Source: a virus (taxonomy: Duplodnaviria; Heunggongvirae; Uroviricota; Caudoviricetes). Taken from it: DNA of 64,000 nucleotides. Shown here in pieces: positions 49,121 to 58,295 of this stretch; positions within the stretch are counted from its first letter, which is position 1; the number at the start of each line of letters is the position of its first letter. Below the pieces are notes generated by a model that ran no database searches, was not told the DNA's origin, and saw only the letters and a program-made list of their open reading frames with translations. The stretch lies in the IMG/VR virus record IMGVR_UViG_3300002834_000024, positions 64,001 to 128,000 of that record; one strand, written 5' to 3'. The position numbers and the translations under genes were made by a program.

Positions 49121-49181
49121 AATAGTTAATTATTACATATAAATATATTGACTTCTATTTATAAGAAAAATATAGAATAGT

Positions 49182-51026
49182 ATGGGTTGCTGCGATAATA
49201 ACTGTAACAAGAATATAAATTTCTGTGTTGGTCCACTGAATGGTGATGAAGATTTTGGAACATTAACAGCTTCGGATGGTATTTACACTTCAAAAATATA
49301 TGATGCCTGTGGTAATTTAAGAATTGATTTTGGGGGGCCAAATTGTGATGGCGTACAAGATTGTGGTGATATTGTTCGTGATTGTGGTGGCGAGGAAATC
49401 CAAGTAGTTGCTTTAATCGAAAAGGCAACTGGTTCAGTCATTCCATTTATAGGGTGCGATCAAATTAATGCAATTAGGAGAGCTGGAAATGGTGCTTGTT
49501 GGCAAGTTAGAACCATAGATGGTAGAAGATTAAACCTAAATAGTATTACATGTTGTAAAAAAGTGTGTGAAGATTTACCAACAATTATTGAGGGAGGACT
49601 TGTTGTAAATGGTGATTTAGAAGTAAATGATATTACTGCTAATGATATTAATGCAAAGACAATTACAGCAGAAGAATTTATTGGTAATGGTTGTGGTATA
49701 ACAAATACTGATAATCAAGAAGTTGAACATTTTTATCATGATGTTGATAATGATTTGCTTGTACTGACTACTGTTAATACAAAGAATTGTCCAAATATGC
49801 CTGATACACATAAGTTATGGTCTATTAATACAGAACCATTTACACATAATACTAAAAATGAGTTTTTCGGTTTTGTTCCACCTGGTTCTGACAATTTGGT
49901 ACTTCGAGATACTGATGGAGATGAATTATCAGTAGATTTAAACAAATATAATACTTACATTGCAGATGGTTGGTGTAGTAATGATGGAATTATAACATTA
50001 GAATATAATCCCGAATCACCATTATATCCAGATAAACAAGTTATTGTTGATATTTCAAATGCTATTCACACAATAGAAACTGCTGAATATGATCCATGTA
50101 AAGGTGAAATGTTATTGTGTCATGATAATGGCGAGTGTGTGTTGATGGATAATTTACCAATAAATGTTGATATTGCAGGTGAAGTTACCTTGAAACCAGA
50201 GTGGTCTGGAAAAGTATTTTATCATATTCGTTCAAACGTAATTATGGTATCTGTCAATGTAGAATTATCCCAATTTACACAATTTCCTCCTGGTAATTTT
50301 ATGCCTGTTGAATTGGGAAGATTACCAGTAAAACTATTTGACTATATTGACAATGATAATTTAGCAGTTGATACCTATACATACAAATATTTGGTTAGTC
50401 ATTCTTCAAAATCAATGGGATTTATTAACCATGTACAGTTAGGTATTTCGATTGATGGTATAATGCGAATTACACAATGGCAAGTTCCAGAAAGAATACA
50501 GGATAGTTTTTGTTTAGTTATTAGTGAAATTGATAAGAGTGTAACACAAAATCTTTGTCCAACACCAGTAGTTCCGCCAACATTCACTGTCAGATACCAT
50601 AGTAATAATAGTTTAATGGAAGTTATTACTGTTACTGTTACTGATGATAGATATTTAATATCACAAAATACATTTGTATATGCACATTGGGATTTCCTAC
50701 TTTGGAATACAATGCCAGATAGAAGTGGAAATTCATATAAACCAAATTATTATATAAAAATGACTGGCGATATTGATTTATATGCAATTTGGAAACAAGT
50801 AATTTTTATCGTAACATATGATGCAAACAATGGAACTGGTGAATTTTTACAATTTGAGTTCTATCCTGGTGCAGTCGTTTTAAATAGTCTATTCCAAAGA
50901 CCATTAAATACAACATTTACATTTATTGAATGGAATACAGAAATTGATGGTAGTGGTACAACTTATTTACCAGGAAGTTTACTATATGTAGCAAAAGATA
51001 TAACATTATATTCAATTTGGGGATAA
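49182..51026 (+). CDS. Putative tail/fibre structural protein with two C-terminal InlB B-repeats
   Basis: TVRYHSNN...F..WNT.PD.SG.SY....DIDLYAIW occurs twice; late motif at 49155. Confidence 0.65.
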   Translation: MGCCDNNCNKNINFCVGPLNGDEDFGTLTASDGIYTSKIYDACGNLRIDFGGPNCDGVQDCGDIVRDCGGEEIQVVALIEKATGSVIPFIGCDQINAIRRAGNGACWQVRTIDGRRLNLNSITCCKKVCEDLPTIIEGGLVVNGDLEVNDITANDINAKTITAEEFIGNGCGITNTDNQEVEHFYHDVDNDLLVLTTVNTKNCPNMPDTHKLWSINTEPFTHNTKNEFFGFVPPGSDNLVLRDTDGDELSVDLNKYNTYIADGWCSNDGIITLEYNPESPLYPDKQVIVDISNAIHTIETAEYDPCKGEMLLCHDNGECVLMDNLPINVDIAGEVTLKPEWSGKVFYHIRSNVIMVSVNVELSQFTQFPPGNFMPVELGRLPVKLFDYIDNDNLAVDTYTYKYLVSHSSKSMGFINHVQLGISIDGIMRITQWQVPERIQDSFCLVISEIDKSVTQNLCPTPVVPPTFTVRYHSNNSLMEVITVTVTDDRYLISQNTFVYAHWDFLLWNTMPDRSGNSYKPNYYIKMTGDIDLYAIWKQVIFIVTYDANNGTGEFLQFEFYPGAVVLNSLFQRPLNTTFTFIEWNTEIDGSGTTYLPGSLLYVAKDITLYSIWG

Positions 51027-51045
51027 TAAAATAATAAAAAAAGGT

Positions 51046-52029
51046 ATGATTTTTCATAACATTTTTGTAAGAAAAAACAAATATAAAGGAAATATGTTCT
51101 TTATGCGTTTCCAAAATACAACTGGAAGTGCTGTTACAATCAATACATTGAGATACTTAATCAATGATTCATATTCCCCAACCAGACGATTATTAACAGC
51201 AGTTGTTGAGCGATCTGGTGGTGTTGATAATGTTTATTCTGGTGGAACTATAAATGATTTTATTGTCGCAAATGGTGAATCATGTGTTTTTAGAATGACA
51301 TGGGATGGTGGAATGTACAGTCTTCAAGGACATACTTCTATTAATTCAAATTCGTACAAAGATATTGTTAGGAGTGCTGGTTGTGAAATAAGGGGGTATG
51401 ATAATGTTCCAAATTATTTTATGCGATCTTTATTTCAAAATTGTGTAAATTATAATCAACAACCTGGCGATATATTTGATACAAGCCAATGGTATCCAAC
51501 CAGTATTGGGGATGATTTCATGTATAGAACATGGAGTGAATGTTCATCATTAGCAAACCCTGTAACATTAAATACAACAAACTGGAATATAACAGGATCA
51601 ATTGGTCAAGGTTTTCTTACACAAACTTGGTTTTATTGTACATCTCTATTAAATTCTGTTGCACCAGATACAAGTAATTGGACAGTTGGACCATCACTTG
51701 GTAATTATTTTATGTATTCTACATGGACTAATTGTCCATCATTAATGAGTGTTGTTTTACCTGACACAACAAATTGGAATGTTACTTCTGTTGGTAGTAC
51801 TTTTATGTCACAAACACTTACGAGCTCTTTTTTATCCACAGGTATTGGAACAACTTGTGAATTAGGCGGTAATCTTTATGTTAGTTTTCCATCTCTAACT
51901 TGGCCCAGTTTGGGGATTACAAATAGTAGAATACAAAATATTAAAGTTGATGCCGCTTTAATACCAACATATCAATCAAGTTCAGCTTGGAGCAGTATAA
52001 CTCCAAGTAGTAAATTCATTGCTAGATAA
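51046..52029 (+). CDS. BspA/LRR-like repeat protein, paralog A
   Basis: ~29-aa repeats PDTSNW...F...TW..C.SL; C-cap IKVDAALIPTYQSSSAWS. Confidence 0.65.
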   Translation: MIFHNIFVRKNKYKGNMFFMRFQNTTGSAVTINTLRYLINDSYSPTRRLLTAVVERSGGVDNVYSGGTINDFIVANGESCVFRMTWDGGMYSLQGHTSINSNSYKDIVRSAGCEIRGYDNVPNYFMRSLFQNCVNYNQQPGDIFDTSQWYPTSIGDDFMYRTWSECSSLANPVTLNTTNWNITGSIGQGFLTQTWFYCTSLLNSVAPDTSNWTVGPSLGNYFMYSTWTNCPSLMSVVLPDTTNWNVTSVGSTFMSQTLTSSFLSTGIGTTCELGGNLYVSFPSLTWPSLGITNSRIQNIKVDAALIPTYQSSSAWSSITPSSKFIAR

Positions 52030-52053
52030 TTATGTAAAAAAAAAGAATGTAAT

Positions 52054-53598
52054 ATGATAATTAAAACATATTTTGATAAAAGTAATACAATTGTTAAAGA
52101 CTCAAATATAAACTATGGGTTAAACCCAATTACAACAATTTTCTATGGGTATACAGGGTATTCTCGGTATATGTTTCATTTTTCTTTTGATTACATAAAA
52201 CAATTATTAACAGATCAGACATTTCCTGATATATTCAAATTAAAACATAAATTAAAACTATTTAATGCAGGTGATATAGATTTTAAATGGATGTTTGATC
52301 CATGCTGGACACTGGAAAATAAGGTTGCTGATAGAGCGAGTTCTTTTGATTTAATTCTATTTAGAATACCACAAGCATGGGATCAAGGAAAGGGTTATGA
52401 TAATCTTGTAAATACTACCTTTACATTTGATGAATTTCAAAGTTGTGAAGGAAGTAACTGGTATCACAGAAAATCATTAGTACAATGGGGCAGTAGTCAG
52501 TTGGGAAATCATTCTCATAAAAACAGTGATCCTTATGCCGGAATTGTAAATGGAATCTATTGTAATAAATATTTACAAGACCAATATAGAATATTTTTAA
52601 ATGGTGGGAAATCAGTTATATTAAGGCACCAACATTTTGATTTAGGTAGTGAAAATATTGAAATTGACATAACTGATATTATTAATCGTGCAATATTAGT
52701 TGAAGGTGGCGAACCTAATCATGGATATTGTCTTGCATTTGATCCATTCTTGGAAATAAAAAAAGCAAATCCAATTCAATCTATTAATTTTTTTACAGAA
52801 AAAACATCAACATGGTTTGAACCATATCTTGAAACTTCTTATGATGAAGATATACATGATAATAGACAAGATATGTTTCTGGATGTACCACGTAGATTAT
52901 ATTTTTACAGTAATGTTGGTGGAGTTCCAACAAATCTTAACCAATTGCCAAGTGTTAAAATTACTGGTAATTTTGAAAATGGTGAAGAAATTGAAATTGT
53001 ACCAGAAGTAAAACAAGCCACAAGAGGTGTTTATTTTACAGAAGTAATGATACAATCTGATGATAGTAATGGTAATGAATTAGTACCAAATAGAATGTTA
53101 TTTGATACATGGTCTAATCTTGAATATTATAATGAAAGATTTGATAAAACTGTCAAAATGAAAGATCAAACATTGGAATTTACAACAAAAGATTCAAGTG
53201 AATTTAATCTTTCTGGTGATAGTGATTTCTTACCAAGACAATATTCACCAACTATATATGGTATCAAGTATGATGAAAAAATACAAAGAGATGAAGGATT
53301 TAGAAAAGTATATGTTGAATGTTCAATACCATTTACAGTACAACAATCTGAATTAGTTGATGATTTATATTACATGATTTTTGTTAAAGAGGGGGATAAA
53401 ATAATCAATTGTTTTTCCGAATGGCAACCAATAAACAAAACATTCAATACAAACTATTTTATGTTCGACAGTAGAACATTTTTACCAAGAACATATTATT
53501 TGGATGTGATTACAAGATCCAATATGGAAACAAAAAGACATGCTAATTTGGTTAAATTTGAAATAGTTAATATTGACAAAGATGGGTACTACAACTAA
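52054..53598 (+). CDS. Putative structural (baseplate-region) protein
   Basis: Large beta-rich ORF within a late structural cluster; no specific motif recognised. Confidence 0.5.
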   Translation: MIIKTYFDKSNTIVKDSNINYGLNPITTIFYGYTGYSRYMFHFSFDYIKQLLTDQTFPDIFKLKHKLKLFNAGDIDFKWMFDPCWTLENKVADRASSFDLILFRIPQAWDQGKGYDNLVNTTFTFDEFQSCEGSNWYHRKSLVQWGSSQLGNHSHKNSDPYAGIVNGIYCNKYLQDQYRIFLNGGKSVILRHQHFDLGSENIEIDITDIINRAILVEGGEPNHGYCLAFDPFLEIKKANPIQSINFFTEKTSTWFEPYLETSYDEDIHDNRQDMFLDVPRRLYFYSNVGGVPTNLNQLPSVKITGNFENGEEIEIVPEVKQATRGVYFTEVMIQSDDSNGNELVPNRMLFDTWSNLEYYNERFDKTVKMKDQTLEFTTKDSSEFNLSGDSDFLPRQYSPTIYGIKYDEKIQRDEGFRKVYVECSIPFTVQQSELVDDLYYMIFVKEGDKIINCFSEWQPINKTFNTNYFMFDSRTFLPRTYYLDVITRSNMETKRHANLVKFEIVNIDKDGYYN

Positions 53599-54262
53599 AA
53601 GAATAAAAATAACTGAAAACCAATTATCAATGCTTGTTAATGAATTAATGAAAGTTGGTGATACACCTCGTGAACAATTTTTAAATTATTTAGATAAAAT
53701 TGGTAAACCAGGCAGATTAACTGGTACTGGTAATATTGAAGAATTGTATCAAAATGCAATTCAAGGTGGGTTAAGTAATTTTATAAAAAGAAATACAGAT
53801 GATCCAAAAGTTACTTATACAAAAGAAGATATTGAAGATTTAGAAACCGAATTTTATGATGAACATGGTGAAATTCTTCAAAAAATATCAGTTGATAAGG
53901 CAAGAAACCTAATATATGTTTATAGAGGTTTATCATTACCAAAACAAATTGATAACTATTATGAAGAATTAACTAAATATTTTGATGGACTTGGTTTACC
54001 ATGGGGTGTTGATTATGAAGCAGCCATTCCTTATGGTGGGGATTTAAGTGGCGATATTGTAACATTATGTGGAAAAGTATCACCAGATAGTATAGATTGG
54101 GAATATACAATTTCAATTGCTGCTGATGTAAAAGAAAATGAATTAAGATTACTAAAAAACAAACCAGTTGAAATTTATAAAATTGTTACTTCAATTGGTG
54201 TTTCACTTCCATTAAAGAAACCTATTATTGTTTCGACTGGTAATTCAACAAAGTGGGATTGA
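53582..54262 (+). CDS. Putative ADP-ribosyltransferase-fold protein, paralog B (start re-assigned to ATG 53582)
   Basis: YVYRGL, LPWGVDY, KENEL; aligns by eye end to end with 48191-49120; KITENQL leader. Confidence 0.55.
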   Translation: MGTTTKRIKITENQLSMLVNELMKVGDTPREQFLNYLDKIGKPGRLTGTGNIEELYQNAIQGGLSNFIKRNTDDPKVTYTKEDIEDLETEFYDEHGEILQKISVDKARNLIYVYRGLSLPKQIDNYYEELTKYFDGLGLPWGVDYEAAIPYGGDLSGDIVTLCGKVSPDSIDWEYTISIAADVKENELRLLKNKPVEIYKIVTSIGVSLPLKKPIIVSTGNSTKWD

Positions 54263-54308
54263 TTTAATCAAAAAAAAAAACAGTTATTTATTTGAAAAGA
54301 TAATTACT

Positions 54309-55466
54309 ATGTTAAATGACTCACTTTTTATAAGAAAAACAACCAGTAAAGAATCCATGTTTTATATGAGATTCTATAATCAAACTGGAACCATTGTTAC
54401 AGTAAGTGGATTAAATACATTATTTACAAATCCAACAGGTTCGCCAACGTTAACCAGTGCTGTTGTTGAACGGGCTGGCGGTGTTATAACTAATGTTTTG
54501 GCTGGTGGAAGTTCGATAAATAATTTTACTGTTACTAATGGAGAATCTTGTGTGTTTAGGATGACATGGATTAATGGAATGTATCCATTAGCAGGTAATA
54601 CCCCAGTTACTTATCAGAATATTGTTCGTAGTGCGGGATATAGACTTGTTGGGAGTTATAATGTTCCAACATCTTTTATGGCATATCTTTTTTATAATTG
54701 TATAAATTACAATCAGCAAGTTGGTGATGTTTTTGATGTAAGTGGATGGACACCAACATCTATAGGAAATACATTTATGTATAATACGTGGTATACTTGT
54801 ACATCATTAACTAATGCTGCAGTTCCTAATACAAGTCATTGGAATATAACAACAATTGGAACTTTATTTTTAGGACATTGTTGGAGAGGTTGTACATCAT
54901 TAGTAACTGCTGTTGTACCTGACACATCAAATTGGAGTGTAACAACATTTAACAATGATTTTATGGGATATACATGGTATAATTGTACATCATTGGTAAA
55001 TAGTGCTGTCCCTGATACATCAAATTGGAGACCAATAAGAATGTGGGCTACATTTTTAGATTCAACCTGGTATAATTGTTCATCAATGGTACATTGTGTA
55101 TCACCAGATACATCTAATTGGAGTATAACAACTATTGATGGTTATTGGTTATATGCTACATGGTGGAATTGTTCATCAATGGTAACTTGTGTTGCACCAG
55201 ATTCAACCTTATGGAATGTTGGGGGAACACCAAGTATATTTGTAAATATGGCTTGGGGTTCTGGGGCATTTTCAGCAAATACATCACTTCAACGAGAATT
55301 AACATTGAAAGGAAGTATATATATACAAAAAGCACTTTATGTAAATAGTGGCGGTCTTGATAATGCTCGTATAAGTAATGTTAAAGTGGATACTGGATTA
55401 ATACCAAATTTCCAAGCCAGTACATATTGGTCTAATATAGATGATAATAAATTTATAAGTTGGTAA
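54309..55466 (+). CDS. BspA/LRR-like repeat protein, paralog B (start re-assigned to ATG 54309)
   Basis: Same N-terminus (F.RK......MFYMRF), PDTSNW repeats and C-cap as 51046-52029. Confidence 0.65.
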   Translation: MLNDSLFIRKTTSKESMFYMRFYNQTGTIVTVSGLNTLFTNPTGSPTLTSAVVERAGGVITNVLAGGSSINNFTVTNGESCVFRMTWINGMYPLAGNTPVTYQNIVRSAGYRLVGSYNVPTSFMAYLFYNCINYNQQVGDVFDVSGWTPTSIGNTFMYNTWYTCTSLTNAAVPNTSHWNITTIGTLFLGHCWRGCTSLVTAVVPDTSNWSVTTFNNDFMGYTWYNCTSLVNSAVPDTSNWRPIRMWATFLDSTWYNCSSMVHCVSPDTSNWSITTIDGYWLYATWWNCSSMVTCVAPDSTLWNVGGTPSIFVNMAWGSGAFSANTSLQRELTLKGSIYIQKALYVNSGGLDNARISNVKVDTGLIPNFQASTYWSNIDDNKFISW

Positions 55467-55467
55467 T

Positions 55468-56187
55468 ATGAAGAAAATAATTATAACAGAAAATCAATTT
55501 AATATTATAAAAGGTAATATAATAGTTGAAAATAATTGGTTACAAAATCAAAATGGTGTTAATTATATTTTTAAAGAATCAGTTAAACCAAAAATAAACT
55601 CAAATTGGAAAAGGGTTGTTATTGAGAAATCCCCATATGAAAAAATAAATTGGGTTGAATTATTACCAAATGGAAAAGAAACAGTAAAAATAAGACAAGT
55701 TATATCAAAAGATAAAAATGGGAAAACAAGTAGTGTGTATTATAAAGAATATGATACAGGATTAATAACTAGAATGAGTAATCATTGGAGTATTTACATT
55801 TTAAAAAATTATCAACTTAAAGATTTTCCTACAATAATGAGAGATACTTTTGTAAATTTAATATGGGGACCATTTCTATCTATTAAAGCCAATGCAAATT
55901 ACAATTTATCACTTAATCCATTGTGGGGTGACAAACTAATTAGTTCAGATGTAAAAGATATAGTCAAAAAAGAAAAACCAGGTAGGGATTTTTATGTTTT
56001 ACCAAGAAACACATTAAAACTTGCTGAAAAGGTTACTTTAACAGGAAGTATAATGCAACCTAAAAATGATAGATTTGACTTAATTGAACATTTAATTCAA
56101 AATGAAAATTCTTTTGTATTAAATGAACAAGAAGAAAATAATATTATTGATGAAAAATTTGTAAGTTGGATAATTCAAAACGCCTGA
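55468..56187 (+). CDS. Hypothetical protein with leader motif (MKKIIITENQF...IIVE)
   Basis: Leader motif; internal RMSNHW. Confidence 0.6.
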   Translation: MKKIIITENQFNIIKGNIIVENNWLQNQNGVNYIFKESVKPKINSNWKRVVIEKSPYEKINWVELLPNGKETVKIRQVISKDKNGKTSSVYYKEYDTGLITRMSNHWSIYILKNYQLKDFPTIMRDTFVNLIWGPFLSIKANANYNLSLNPLWGDKLISSDVKDIVKKEKPGRDFYVLPRNTLKLAEKVTLTGSIMQPKNDRFDLIEHLIQNENSFVLNEQEENNIIDEKFVSWIIQNA

Positions 56188-56191
56188 TTTT

Positions 56192-56234
56192 AACATCCAG
56201 TAGAATTTATCTTATTTAAAATTATGTATTTTTG
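56192..56234 (+). promoter_or_regulatory. Promoter: AACATCCAGT + 25 nt + TATTTTTG
   Basis: The only plus-strand copy of the conserved architecture. Confidence 0.78.
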
Positions 56235-56258
56235 TGCTATAATTTATAATAATAAAAT

Positions 56259-56408
56259 ATGACAACAGAATTAGATTTTTTAGATGAAATGGTGGAAAAT
56301 GAGAGTGTTTTTGATATAGAACACGAAGAAATGTCCGATGAAGAAAGAGATGAAATGCTTGGTTGGATAATCAAAAATACCCCAGACTTTAACACAGACC
56401 AGGTATAA
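56259..56408 (+). CDS. Unlisted 49-aa highly acidic protein
   Basis: MTTELDFLDEMVENESVFDIEHEEMSDEERDEMLGWIIKNTPDFNTDQV; has its own promoter. Confidence 0.7.
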   Translation: MTTELDFLDEMVENESVFDIEHEEMSDEERDEMLGWIIKNTPDFNTDQV

Positions 56409-57846
56409 GGGTTGCTAACATATTTCTGAATTTGATTAGTTGATCTTTCCCAATCTCCTTTGCCATTTTTGCTGCCAAATCTATTGCTAATTCTTTGATG
56501 ATTTTTAACAATTCATCAAGAATTGCATCTTTTACTGCATTTAATATTCCTGTTACTAAATTAAGATTTTCTTGTAAGAATGATAATGCTGTATATTTAG
56601 CCTGTACACCTAAAAGTTTTAAATTAATTAATAATAAAAGATAAATCTTTGGGGCTACTAATAACATTGAAAATGCTGCTGATAATTCTACAATAAGTTG
56701 TTTAAGTATATTTACTTTAAAATTAAACTTATCCCTTTCATAAACTTTCGGATTATCTTTTGCCACCTGATCAACTAATGTGTCAAGCGCATGGGTAAAT
56801 ATATCAGTTTGTTCTTGTAAATCAGATGTTTGGCTTAAACCAGCTAATGCAGTTGCAATATCTTCTGGACTAATATTAACTGTCATATTGGCATCAGCAC
56901 TATATTCAAACCTACCATGTTTGACATGTTCCGCTCTTATCAACATTGCATTATAAGTTTCATTATCAAATGAAAAGAAACTATCATCAACTTCTGATGT
57001 TGTAACACACTGTGATAATCTATCAATTATATCTTCTATTTGTTCCGCAACAAAAATTTCTTCTCTTGTTCGTTGAATTGATATATCAATTGAACCAAAA
57101 ACTCTACCTAATAATGAGGCTACCAGAGATTCTTTATCAAAAAATACAATACTATCAATCCAATCAGAATTAAAATCATGTAATTTGTTATATGATGGTC
57201 CAACACGCACAGTAAGTGTATTAAACCATGTACCAAAACCTGGTATTTGACTTGCACTTTCAGTGAACTCAAAGGTTGCAATATTACTTGGAATATTCGG
57301 ATCGGTTGGTGGCGGTAATGCAGGATTATATTGTGGCCAGCTCACCTGACCTGATGCTTCATTTATTACATACCACAAAAAAGCGTTTAAATCTTTTGCC
57401 ATTGGTAAATTTCCAACAGTAGGCGGGTCATCAACCATACCAAAGTAAAACATTTTTCCAACTTTTTTTGTAGGATTAATTCGCATTAATCTTAATAAAT
57501 CAAATTCATCAATATGTACCTTAATCCCTTCACCTTTTAATTTAGCCATTACAGTTGGGTTAATATTACATGAAATATTATCTCTTATAAGTAATTTTAA
57601 AGCCAATTTAACGGCTTTTTCAATCACAGTGAGTTGTTGTATTATTACCTTTGCAATAGCCTCTTTAAGCATGTCAAAATTACCCAGAGCAATAAATAAA
57701 TCTACAGTAAATTGAATTTGATCTGCACTGTTGTTAATAGAAGGAAATAGAGAACTCAAATCGAATTTCGGAAAAGATTCGGTTAATGTTCTATATGCAG
57801 AAATTATACCAAATGTATCAGCCTTTTGTTGTTGGAGATTTGCCAT
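56389..57846 (-). CDS. Hypothetical protein
   Basis: Long ORF coupled to the upstream gene. Confidence 0.7.
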   Translation of the reverse strand: MANLQQQKADTFGIISAYRTLTESFPKFDLSSLFPSINNSADQIQFTVDLFIALGNFDMLKEAIAKVIIQQLTVIEKAVKLALKLLIRDNISCNINPTVMAKLKGEGIKVHIDEFDLLRLMRINPTKKVGKMFYFGMVDDPPTVGNLPMAKDLNAFLWYVINEASGQVSWPQYNPALPPPTDPNIPSNIATFEFTESASQIPGFGTWFNTLTVRVGPSYNKLHDFNSDWIDSIVFFDKESLVASLLGRVFGSIDISIQRTREEIFVAEQIEDIIDRLSQCVTTSEVDDSFFSFDNETYNAMLIRAEHVKHGRFEYSADANMTVNISPEDIATALAGLSQTSDLQEQTDIFTHALDTLVDQVAKDNPKVYERDKFNFKVNILKQLIVELSAAFSMLLVAPKIYLLLLINLKLLGVQAKYTALSFLQENLNLVTGILNAVKDAILDELLKIIKELAIDLAAKMAKEIGKDQLIKFRNMLATLIPGLC

Positions 57847-58280
57847 TAAGAATTTTTATTGATTTTATATATCACTCTTTCTGGTTCTGATGTGTTACTT
57901 TCGGATGGAGTATTTTGTTTATTCATTAAAAGATTTTGTAAATCTTTTATATTAAGTGCTTTGTTATTTACAGATTTATTTTTATTGATTGCATTTAATG
58001 CCCCACTTTCATCTCCACCAAATTTAAGAATTTCAGCAACAATTTTTTGAACATCCAATTTAATTTTAAGAGCATTACTTTTACTTGTTATCAAAGCATT
58101 AATTGCTTTGGCATAATCAGATTTTTCTTCAATTGAAACACTACTCAAACTTGTGCTAATTGATATTTTATCAATTTCACCCTGTATTTGATTTATTAAT
58201 CTATCTGCTTCATGATATAATTCATTCAAATAAGTTTGAAGATTTAATTTATTGTTTAGTTCTATACTGTTCTTTCTCAT
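57846..58280 (-). CDS. Hypothetical helical protein
   Basis: Tightly packed ORF. Confidence 0.65.
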   Translation of the reverse strand: MRKNSIELNNKLNLQTYLNELYHEADRLINQIQGEIDKISISTSLSSVSIEEKSDYAKAINALITSKSNALKIKLDVQKIVAEILKFGGDESGALNAINKNKSVNNKALNIKDLQNLLMNKQNTPSESNTSEPERVIYKINKNS

Positions 58281-58295
58281 GGTTTATTGCATTTT

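Noticed and set aside
51046-55466. Diversity-generating retroelement (TR/VR pair)
   Set aside because: No reverse transcriptase is in the window; both copies are full ORFs that differ at all base types, not specifically at adenines
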